From an uncultured delta proteobacterium (GTDB taxonomy: Bacteria; Desulfobacterota; BSN033; UBA1163), in NCBI GenBank assembly GCA_963827685.1, contig CAWHBU010000003.1, forward strand, positions 32,001 through 96,000: a stretch of 64,000 nucleotides of DNA, in the 5' to 3' direction. Below the pieces are notes generated by a model. That model saw only the letters and a program-made list of their open reading frames with translations. It was not told the origin of the DNA and made no database searches. Positions 1-8,144 of this stretch are shown here, piece after piece. Numbering within the stretch: position 1 is the first letter of the stretch; each line of letters begins with the position of its first letter. The translations under genes and the position numbers were made by a program.

Positions 1-37
1 AACATCCCCTTTCTACAAGGAATCTGGTGGAGATTCT

Positions 38-460
38 TCACTGCGGAGTAACACGAAAATAGGTACTTACCACATTTGTCGGCTGAATCTTCCCGTCTCG
101 AATATATAGAACATAGCCTTCCAAAAGACGTGAGCCAGGATTTTTAGTACGAATCTGCACCTTGATCGTTCCCGGTGACCCATAATCTACATCAACTACT
201 TTGAAACAGTACGGCCCATCCCCTGAGATATCGAAACAGGCTGTTCTGATCTCTGGCCTACCATCTGCCTCAAAAGTGATATTCGCCACAAATGGTGCAT
301 TTACCCTGATGTTTTCCTTTTCTGGAACGTGCATAGTTAATAATCTTAGCTCACCAGGAGCAAGAGGTTTAGTCGGCACTGTGGCACAGGAAGAAATTCC
401 TAACAAAACCGTCCCGGTCATTAAAACAGCGACTGATATAGACCTCATCATCACACACAT
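38..460 (-). CDS. hypothetical lipoprotein
   Basis: Hydrophobic N-terminus with lipobox-like ISSC; directly follows 464..1078 on the same strand. Exact start Met is uncertain. Confidence 0.7.
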   Translation of the reverse strand: MCVMMRSISVAVLMTGTVLLGISSCATVPTKPLAPGELRLLTMHVPEKENIRVNAPFVANITFEADGRPEIRTACFDISGDGPYCFKVVDVDYGSPGTIKVQIRTKNPGSRLLEGYVLYIRDGKIQPTNVVSTYFRVTPQ

Positions 461-463
461 GCC

Positions 464-1078
464 TTAGAATCCCTTTTCCCTCAACCTTTTTCCTTTTTCC
501 TTTTCTTTTTCATAGGCCCTTCTCTCCTCGCTAATCATTCTGGAATTGATAGAGAGGGTTCCCTTATGGCGCTCCTTGGAATAGGATAAGGACATCTCTG
601 TCTTTTTGCCCCACCAAGCATAAAATTCTTCCCCGTGTTCTATCGTAGGTCCTCTCCTTTCCTCTTTACCCATCTTTTTCATAAGCTGCTCAGACTCAAG
701 GACTTTCCCGAATAGTTCAAATAACTCTTTTTTGAGCGTCTCAAAATTCTCGTCACCCTTAAAGTCAATCCACACACTCGCGAAGTTTCCCACCCAAAAT
801 GAATAGAATATGTTTTCAAGTTTCGCCTTGCCTATTGCCAAGGTATCCCCTTTTCTTGTATACCAAACTAGATCACTATGGGACGATTTGTCTTGCTCAA
901 CTTTCTCCATGTCTTTCAACGTAGATATCTCGGCTCCCCACCTAATACCCCCGAAGCCGTCTGGTTCTGAGCGAGGTTTAGAGGACCGGGCAGAAGCAAA
1001 ACAACCTATTAAAAAGATGCTGAATACAATAGCAAAAATCTTAACCTTCTTCATCGCTCCCATTTTCAGTTTTACCAT
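464..1078 (-). CDS. hypothetical exported protein/lipoprotein
   Basis: Signal peptide ending LIGC; EPDGFGGIRWG N-terminal motif; purine-rich SD-like sequence upstream. Confidence 0.75.
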   Translation of the reverse strand: MVKLKMGAMKKVKIFAIVFSIFLIGCFASARSSKPRSEPDGFGGIRWGAEISTLKDMEKVEQDKSSHSDLVWYTRKGDTLAIGKAKLENIFYSFWVGNFASVWIDFKGDENFETLKKELFELFGKVLESEQLMKKMGKEERRGPTIEHGEEFYAWWGKKTEMSLSYSKERHKGTLSINSRMISEERRAYEKEKEKGKRLREKGF

Positions 1079-1152
1079 CTTCCCCTCTCTGCCCCTCTCG
1101 ATTCTATTGAGCGGAACGTGCCCCGTCCCGACCTATCGGGATAGGCGGGGTC

Positions 1153-1172
1153 CCTGCCTACCGGCAGGCAGG
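1153..1172. repeat. 20-bp palindromic REP-like unit CCTGCCTACCGGCAGGCAGG
   Basis: Exact reverse complement occurs at 51494..51513. Confidence 0.8.
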
Positions 1173-1207
1173 AAGGGGCGCAATATAAAATGAAATTACC
1201 TTGCCGG

Positions 1208-1239
1208 GAAGCCCCGCCCTGTGGGCGGGGAGCTTCACT
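1208..1239. repeat. GC-rich hairpin repeat resembling IS200/IS605-family ends
   Basis: GAAGCCCCGCCCTGTGGGCGGGGAGCTTCACT; near-identical inverted copy at 14336..14368; related copies at 37909..38031. Confidence 0.65.
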
Positions 1240-1327
1240 TATGACTTACCTTTCAGGTTTTACAGACCTCCATGATTGGGTAATCTGGTACGCACCAAGC
1301 TCTTCGCCACGATTGTCCTCTCCCCCC

Positions 1328-1445
1328 ATAGACCTCCGAATGCTGAGTATGATCCTGCCAATTCTTTGCGTAGAGTGAAGCCAATTTCTTGTCGTGGATG
1401 ATATGCAGATTCTCAGTATTGTTTTCCTCAGCAGTTATAACGAAG
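1328..1445 (-). pseudogene. C-terminal remnant of a phospholipase D/Nuc-family nuclease
   Basis: Minus strand translates to AEENNTENLHIIHDKKLASLYAKNWQDHTQHSEVY, resembling the PLD-nuclease tail (AEExNxENLLII...LAxxYxxNW). No HKD motif or start is present. Confidence 0.6.
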
Positions 1446-1455
1446 CAAGCGGTTA

Positions 1456-1635
1456 TCAGGTTGTTCTCTTTTCATGATACGCTCTAATTATCTTCAGCAA
1501 TTCTTCAATATCCACATCTCCACATTGAGCACAAAGGTAAAAGAGATGAAATGTTCTCCTCCCAATAGTTACGGCAACGCCCTGTAATCCCTCTTGCTTT
1601 CCGCACTTTAAACAACACTCCTGATCTTCTATCAT
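1456..1635 (-). CDS. small Zn-finger-like protein (59 aa)
   Basis: MIEDQECCLKCG...LCAQCG contains two CxxC pairs. Confidence 0.55.
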   Translation of the reverse strand: MIEDQECCLKCGKQEGLQGVAVTIGRRTFHLFYLCAQCGDVDIEELLKIIRAYHEKRTT

Positions 1636-1752
1636 ATTAATTTTAGAAAAAAATCCCTTGCACCTCCTCTCTCCACTAAGTATAAATTTTGAGAAACGGG
1701 GCCCCCAGTTCATCTTCAGACCGTGAGCTCAACCTCACAAATAGAGCCTCCC

Positions 1753-2439
1753 TCACCTTACAGCTCTACTATCGATCCAGCCCTCTTGGCCATTCTCTAA
1801 CCGGACATTAAACCAATCCCCGCCTTCTCCGATTATAGTTAACCTGTCTCCTCGCCTCACGGTGGCCGCGAGAGAATAACCGTTCCCTGCCCCTGAGCGA
1901 ATGTTAGCAAAGGTCCACGTGACCGTAACAATATTGGTGCCTGCGGGGAGAGTGACATCCATAGATGTTGTCGGTTTCTCAGGTGGAGCGGACTGCGATC
2001 TACCGGCTGGTGGGACAGGGGTAAAAGACTTTTCTGCTTTAATACGCGCCGCCAACTCAAAATCTTCATGGAAAGTGGCCTCCGTGAGCGGAATCAAAAA
2101 ATCTGTTTGGTTTTTTCTTTTTATGACAGCCGTCACCCTTGTATTATCGTTATCAACTGACTCTATCCAAACCCCCATAACTGTCCCCCATGAAATGAGA
2201 CTCTCTCCGCTGCTCGTAAGCATATATCCTTCTGAACGGTGCTCTTCGATATCGTCTGTTCCTTCCCAACGAAAAACTGTTTTAGCAATTTCCCAAGCCT
2301 GGTCGGCATTTATAGGATATACCCTACTTGTTCCCTTTCCCCGTTCTTTAGACCGGACTACGTCACTCATTGTGGTACATCCTGTGACACAAACCCCTAT
2401 CAGAAGGAACGCCATGATTTTCATCCCATGTGTGTTCAT
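1753..2439 (-). CDS. lipoprotein with C-terminal bacterial SH3 domain
   Basis: Lipobox VTGC; C-terminal ANIRSGAG...GDWFNVRLENGQEGWI; SD AGGAGG upstream. Confidence 0.85.
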   Translation of the reverse strand: MNTHGMKIMAFLLIGVCVTGCTTMSDVVRSKERGKGTSRVYPINADQAWEIAKTVFRWEGTDDIEEHRSEGYMLTSSGESLISWGTVMGVWIESVDNDNTRVTAVIKRKNQTDFLIPLTEATFHEDFELAARIKAEKSFTPVPPAGRSQSAPPEKPTTSMDVTLPAGTNIVTVTWTFANIRSGAGNGYSLAATVRRGDRLTIIGEGGDWFNVRLENGQEGWIDSRAVR

Positions 2440-2810
2440 TTGACCAGCCTCCTTGTAGTACCAAATGGCAAGTAGCTTAAAAGAAATTGAGGAGAATTCT
2501 TGGTGAATATGAGTTTAATGGTTTTATTATATAAGGTCAACAACAATTTGAGAATTTAACGGTGATTGCCTCTAACTTTCAGATCACGCCTAATCATAGC
2601 GTCCAAAGAAATTAAGCAGAATCCCCGCAAGATGAAAGCTCAAAATTAAGAAAACTTAATTTTGAGCTAATCCTTCTTTAATATGGGTTTGGTATTACAT
2701 GACGCCAGACTCTTAAAATGCATTCCTCAATCCACTATGAGATACTGGAAACAACATTCACCTGCGGGGCATAAAAAATGTAAGGGGATAACCCAAAGGA
2801 GGCAAAGGAA

Positions 2811-3485
2811 GTGAGACCCACAAGAGCGATACGAAGAATATTGTTTCTTTTAACGGTGAGTTTGATTTCCACCGGATGTGCTGGGTGCGCCGACCTGGGC
2901 ACACAAAACGCGAGGGATCTTCTTCATCATCGTTCCACTAATAGGGAAATGACTGCTCAACGTCCCCCATCTCTTGTGATCGGTTCAAGGTTTATTTATC
3001 AAGATACCAGCTTTTCAAACGGCAAGACTTGCAAAGTCGCCATGATCGTCAAGAAAATGAAAGAGTTTGAGACAAAACCCGCATACTGGATTGAAGTGAG
3101 CAAGGAAGAAGAAAGTTATTTTGATATATACGACATGAATTTGAACTGGATTGGATCATTTGCGGATGGAAAAGAATTGGAATCTGCTGAACCCTGCATT
3201 CGGGTATTCGATTGGCCGTTAAGAGTGGGTAAGAAGTGGAAAAGTGGTTACACGGTAAGGGATTATTCAGGCGGTGTTCACCTTTATCATTCAAAAACTG
3301 GGGTGAACATATAGACCTATGAAGAGGTTAGAGTTCCCGCGGGCACTTTTAAAGCGCTGAGAATTCAAGCAGGCGAAGAAACTCTTTGGTATGCTCCATC
3401 TATAGGATGGGCGGTAAGAGAACAAATTGGGCCTCCGGGTAGGAACGGGTGGCTTCTTGAGTTGGTGGAATACAGTATTCCATAA
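2811..3485 (+). pseudogene. lipoprotein (VPAGTF-motif family) with in-frame TAG at 3312..3314
   Basis: Frame continues after TAG as TYEEVRVPAGTFKALRI...WYAPSIGWAVRE...LELVEYSIP to TAA at 3483..3485; SD AAGGAGG before the GTG start. Confidence 0.75.
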
Positions 3486-3601
3486 AGAATTGATTCCAAA
3501 CAATCATAGCTTGGTTGTTATAAATATTTGGCAAGAAAAATCGTTAAATTTTGCAGATCGCAAATTTAAATGGAGGATGAAAATTATTTTAAGAGGGGCG
3601 C

Positions 3602-3748
3602 ATGAAATGTCGTCGTTGTGGCAGTGTGATGGTCGATGAAAGATTCTACGGCGCTGATGAGCATTTCTTAGGATGGAGATGCCTCTTATGTAGAGAGATC
3701 ATGCATCAGGTGATTCTGCGGGATCGTCAGGCAAAGGCTGATAGGTAA
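3602..3748 (+). CDS. small Zn-ribbon protein (48 aa), absent from the ORF track
   Basis: MKCRRCGSVMVDERFYGADEHFLGWRCLLCREIMHQVILRDRQAKADR has two CxxC motifs; purine-rich SD-like AGAGGGG upstream. Confidence 0.7.
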   Translation: MKCRRCGSVMVDERFYGADEHFLGWRCLLCREIMHQVILRDRQAKADR

Positions 3749-3862
3749 AACAGGGGAAGAAGGAGAGAATCTAATACGTAATGACGACTCTTTTATCCGT
3801 TGATAAATGGAAAAATGATAAAGAGGGACAAGTCCTCTGACGATCAAAAGGACAAATCTCCC

Positions 3863-4387
3863 TCAATATGAATTCATTGACAAGTAAGCTTTAACAAAAG
3901 TGTCCGTCATACTATTCATCAATCCCATAATATCATTTGCTATATTTGAGGCTAACCCTGAACCGAAAACTCCTGTGGACCAGGTTGCCGCAATCACCTC
4001 GACTTTAGGATCTCGGTTCAAAAAGCTCTTTTGCCATAGTTCAACTTGGATTAGAAATGAAAATGTCTTATCGTTTTTGCTTGAACCATTCACCTCCATG
4101 TGGAGAATGGGAATATCCGAGGGCAGGTTCTCTATGTATACGACATCGATCTTTGCCTCCCGAAGTTTCAGCTCCACACCAGTTCGAATTCGGTCTTCGG
4201 TAAGGCCGACTCTCTTAAAGTCCTCAGAAACCCGCTTTTCAATTTGCACTACTACAGCCAATTTCTTAAGGCCCTTAAGCGATGGCCGGCTATACCTATC
4301 ATCACCGATGGCAAAAACGACCGACGCAGATATTAAAAAGCTTAAGAACACAACTATCGCGATGATTAGACATTTTTTGCTGCTCAT
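3863..4387 (-). CDS. hypothetical exported protein
   Basis: Signal peptide; SLKGLKKLAVVV...ATWS pattern; 174 aa open frame. Confidence 0.75.
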   Translation of the reverse strand: MSSKKCLIIAIVVFLSFLISASVVFAIGDDRYSRPSLKGLKKLAVVVQIEKRVSEDFKRVGLTEDRIRTGVELKLREAKIDVVYIENLPSDIPILHMEVNGSSKNDKTFSFLIQVELWQKSFLNRDPKVEVIAATWSTGVFGSGLASNIANDIMGLMNSMTDTFVKAYLSMNSY

Positions 4388-4559
4388 AAGTTCCCTCTCT
4401 TATTATTCTCTTCCCTCTTTTTCTATTTGACAATCCTAATCTCAGCGGGCACCTGCCCGTCTTTGACTTCAAGAGGGAAGAGTTAGAAAAGAGAAATTCG
4501 GGAAAACCCTTGCCCCTTTTCCCCTGAATCCTGTAAGTTATTTTCCAATCGTTTCTCAA

Positions 4560-4655
4560 TAAAAAAGGGACCAGTTAGAGGGGGGGCCAGTAACTGATCC
4601 CCGCCGGTACATCAAAAGAGAGAAAACAAGGAGGTTTTGGTGTACTGGCTTTTTA
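4560..4655 (-). ncRNA. candidate small RNA (two hairpins, intrinsic terminator)
   Basis: Extended -10 TGTTATACT (4661..4669, minus strand); first hairpin has CCUCCUU in its loop; terminator GGGAUCAGUUA/UAACUGGUCCC followed by U6. Confidence 0.45.
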
Positions 4656-4978
4656 TACATAGTATAACAAAAACATTAGAAGAGGATTAAAATTGAATTA
4701 AAATTTCTTAAGATTCTGGTCGGGTTCATCCTCTAATCTTGAGCTTGAATTCAGGGCTAAGCGTTCGTGTGCAAACAATGAGAGGATAGAGAATATCCCG
4801 CTATAAATATCAGGACGAAATGACTGCGACTAAATGATGACCGAATTATGCCAAGAAGACTGAAACAGAGAGAATAGACTGGAATACAAGGAAAGCCTCC
4901 TGGTCCGATATTATCAAGACTTAGCGGGAAACCAGACCAAGTAACACGGGGGTCTCAAAAAAAACCATATTTTTGCTC

Positions 4979-5020
4979 CGTAATCAACAGAGCCGCGGTT
5001 CAAATCCGTCCGCAGGCTCC
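4979..5020 (+). pseudogene. degenerate 3' half of a tRNA (Thr, CGT-like); possible att scar
   Basis: CGTAATCAACAGAGCCGCGGTTCAAATCCGTCCGCAGGCTCC gives anticodon CGT+AA, T-loop GGTTCAAATCC and acceptor-like GGCTCC. No D-arm or 5' half. Confidence 0.6.
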
Positions 5021-5024
5021 GGGG

Positions 5025-5060
5025 AAGAAGGGGCAACCCACCGGGGGTTGCCCCTTCTTT
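5025..5060 (+). terminator. intrinsic terminator-like hairpin
   Basis: AAGAAGGGGCAACCC/GGGTTGCCCCTTCTT perfect inverted repeat. Confidence 0.8.
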
Positions 5061-5758
5061 GTTAGGATGAAGTTCAGTGAATCTTTATTGATACTTTGAT
5101 TCTCACCTTGTTTCCATAAGATCGATCTCCGGGTGAGAAGAGCTTGAGAAAAATATTTCTCTTTTTGTGAAAAGGATTCGAGACTTTTGTGAAAATCGCT
5201 TCCACTTCGGCTTTCACTAGAACAAACGGGATCTAAAGAAGTTTTATTTGAATTGTCATGGATCATCATCCATTTGCAACCATTGACACCAATGGAGGAT
5301 TCAACACTATTTGGTATAAGTCTTGCGTATATAGCGAGAGGGTTCTCACTTCCCCCGTGGGACAAGATACAAAACTAAGACAATGAGATATTTGATGCTG
5401 AACGGAGAGATGAATGAGAAGTTTCCTGATAAATAAGAACCTATCCCTTTATTACCATCTCAAAAAGAGAATCGGGAAGAGAATCGCCTTCGAGGTGGTC
5501 AACACGATCGAAAAGGTTATCCTCATTTTCGGGAGGGAACGGATACACCCCAAAAGAGTTAGAATTCACAATAAAGTCAAACAATTAGGGCTAATATTCA
5601 GTATTAAGAAGAGCATTTAAATATGGAGGCTTGTGAATTTTACTCATTTGACGAAATAAGAAGTAAAAGGAGGATCATCCGACATTAAGACGGGACCTCT
5701 CCGGACGATCTACCTTGAAAGAAGCTTCATTCTAAATGAATCATAGCGGAGTTCCTGT

Positions 5759-6190
5759 TTGAGAGCATCGACTAGACGGATTCTTAACGATCGACGACAA
5801 CGACCCACCCCCGTTTTAAGTAGGTTCATCCTGCGGGGTCGGAGAAGAAGCTTCCGAAGAAAGGAAGATCAGGAGAGGGGTGGCTATGTAGACCGTTATG
5901 ATTCGGGATTACTTTTCCCAATTGTTTTGATTGCGGGGTTAAATATTCTGGATGCATTGTTGACCATGATGATATTGGAGGATGGCGGATTGGAGATGAA
6001 CCCCATTGTTCACTCTGTCATTCAAATCTATGGAGATAGATTTTGGATTTGGAAATTTGCCATGGTCTCCGTTTCCTTGATTCTATTATGCCTTCACAAT
6101 AAATTCAGATTCGCTATACCTGCTATGTTGGGGGCAAGTGCCATCTACGTGACCGTTGTATTGTTCCAGATCTTCCTGATTATTTGTTGA
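5759..6190 (+). CDS. DUF5658-like membrane protein
   Basis: RRxxRR...GGYVDRY, LNILDALLT, EMNP motifs and several TM segments. Confidence 0.75.
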   Translation: MRASTRRILNDRRQRPTPVLSRFILRGRRRSFRRKEDQERGGYVDRYDSGLLFPIVLIAGLNILDALLTMMILEDGGLEMNPIVHSVIQIYGDRFWIWKFAMVSVSLILLCLHNKFRFAIPAMLGASAIYVTVVLFQIFLIIC

Positions 6191-6293
6191 CGAGCGAGAA
6201 ATCCTTGGGAATTTGTGCTTACCACCACAGCACAGATTAATGGCTTAGCGATGAAAAGCGAAAGAAACCATCTTGGAAAATCTTCGGTTCCCT

Positions 6294-7745
6294 CTAAGAG
6301 ATATTCAAAAGGCCCTTCACTCGATTGATTTTGCCTTCGACCTCTCCTTGACGGCCAATCATGATGCGTTGGGCCATCGGGGAGCCAGCGCCATGCACAG
6401 ATTCGATCAGGTAGGCAACAGCACCGGCACCAGCAACGATATTTTCAACCAAACGCAAGACCTTCATCCGATCAACCACATCGACCCCTTTGACCGCAGC
6501 TAAGTATTTTTTGATATAGGGCCCTGCTACCGGGTCATCCATATCTTGGGCTGAGGGCATCGTTCCGAGCAACCCTCCAGCAATATCTGTGGCCAAACGG
6601 GCCAACTCAAACGGAAAACGAGTCACGTTAAGCTTGCAGACATTAGCCAAAAGCATATCCACTTCGTAGTTTCCCGCTTTCGTTCGGTGTCCTAAAGCTG
6701 AGCAGGCAATTCCACAGGCGAACATGGTCTCATTGAGGTGAATCATCTCGACAATCTTGTCTCGAATGTGGGAAGCATTTTCCACCCCGTTCATGCGGGC
6801 GATCAAGGCCGTCGCCCCGATGAGAACATCGCCGACTCCAACCTTACATCCTCCATAACTCTGGCGATGATAAGCTGCAAAACGTTCCACCAGTCTCCCA
6901 GACAGGCCGATTTCACCGTTTAAAAAGATGCGCTCCCCTGGAACAAACACATCTTCAAAAACCGTCATCACCTCCTGACCGCCGAAGGTGGGATTCCCCA
7001 CATCCAGCCGACCGGCTCCTTCCAGTTTTCGCGTGTCACTGGCCTGTCGACCGTAAATATACTTGATACCCGGTGTGTTGGTTGGAATGGCAAAACAAAT
7101 CGCCCAGTCCTCCTCCCCCCTGGTCAAGTTTGTCGTGGGCATAACGATCACTTCATGGGAGTTGATCATACCCGTTTGATGTAGTTTGGCACCACGAACC
7201 ACCACTCCGTTGCGTTTCTGTTCCACCACACGCAAGAATAGATCCGGATCTGATTGATCCTTGGGTCGTTTCCCCCGGTCACCCTTTGGATCGGTCATGG
7301 CCCCATCGACCACCAGGTCTTCGAGTTGAATGCGGGCCCAATACTCCCGAAAACGTTGATGGTAACTCGTGCCATGCTCCTGATCGCATTCATAGGTGAC
7401 ACTGAAGACCGCATTGGCGGCATCCATGCCAACGCATCGTTGGAAACAACATGCGGTGATGTTCCCACAGTGTCTCTGCATCATCACCTTTTTCATTAGA
7501 TCTTCGGGGCTTTGGTGCAAATGGGTAAAACGGTTGATCTCTTCCCCTGATAAGGAGGACCTTACCCGGAAAAGGCTCCGAGTCTCATCATTATAGGCAC
7601 AGTCGAAAGTTGACGCCACGGCATGAACCGAGGGCATAACCAATGGATGGTCAGGCAAATTTTGGGTTTTCTTGCCCATCACATTAGCCTCCAGCCCAAG
7701 AGACTTGAGCGAGGCTATATATTCTTCTCCTCTTTTAAGCGCCAT
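6294..7745 (-). CDS. abfD: 4-hydroxybutyryl-CoA dehydratase/vinylacetyl-CoA isomerase
   Basis: [4Fe-4S] ligand motifs CFQRCVGMDA and HRQSYGGCK; AMTDPKGDR; HGAGSP; 483 aa. Confidence 0.88.
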   Translation of the reverse strand: MALKRGEEYIASLKSLGLEANVMGKKTQNLPDHPLVMPSVHAVASTFDCAYNDETRSLFRVRSSLSGEEINRFTHLHQSPEDLMKKVMMQRHCGNITACCFQRCVGMDAANAVFSVTYECDQEHGTSYHQRFREYWARIQLEDLVVDGAMTDPKGDRGKRPKDQSDPDLFLRVVEQKRNGVVVRGAKLHQTGMINSHEVIVMPTTNLTRGEEDWAICFAIPTNTPGIKYIYGRQASDTRKLEGAGRLDVGNPTFGGQEVMTVFEDVFVPGERIFLNGEIGLSGRLVERFAAYHRQSYGGCKVGVGDVLIGATALIARMNGVENASHIRDKIVEMIHLNETMFACGIACSALGHRTKAGNYEVDMLLANVCKLNVTRFPFELARLATDIAGGLLGTMPSAQDMDDPVAGPYIKKYLAAVKGVDVVDRMKVLRLVENIVAGAGAVAYLIESVHGAGSPMAQRIMIGRQGEVEGKINRVKGLLNIS

Positions 7746-8144
7746 CTCTAACTCCTCCCCGGTTCCAATCTCATCACAAAGACTGATGAGTAGCTCTTAT
7801 CTCAAACCATCACTCCCGCCTAAGCACTAATAGTGTTTGAATATTATTGAAAGACCATCTAGCGATTATTAACTTATCATATATTAACCTCTTGCAAAAG
7901 AAATTTCCATTGCCGAATCGCATTTCCGGCATTTCTGGGGTGGTATTCTCGAAAGGGCGTTCATCTGTGCCCTTTCAAGGATTGACAAGGGATGGCTTCT
8001 AAATTGGAAACGATGTATCCGTGGGAACGGGCGGGGATAATTTCAAAACTCTAACTATCCAAATCGGTGAGAAGAACTGAAGCAGGACCCTATGACTCTC
8101 CAGGGAAGATCCCACGAGGGTCTCCTGGAATTACTGCCATACAG

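Noticed and set aside
4979-5020. Functional tRNA gene
   Set aside because: No D-arm or 5' acceptor strand, mismatched T-stem, no CCA.
6294-7745. 4-hydroxyphenylacetate 3-monooxygenase call
   Set aside because: Same fold family, but the Fe-S ligand motifs indicate 4-hydroxybutyryl-CoA dehydratase.
7891-7912. sigma54 promoter upstream of abfD
   Set aside because: Spacing is GG-N11-GC, not the required N10.
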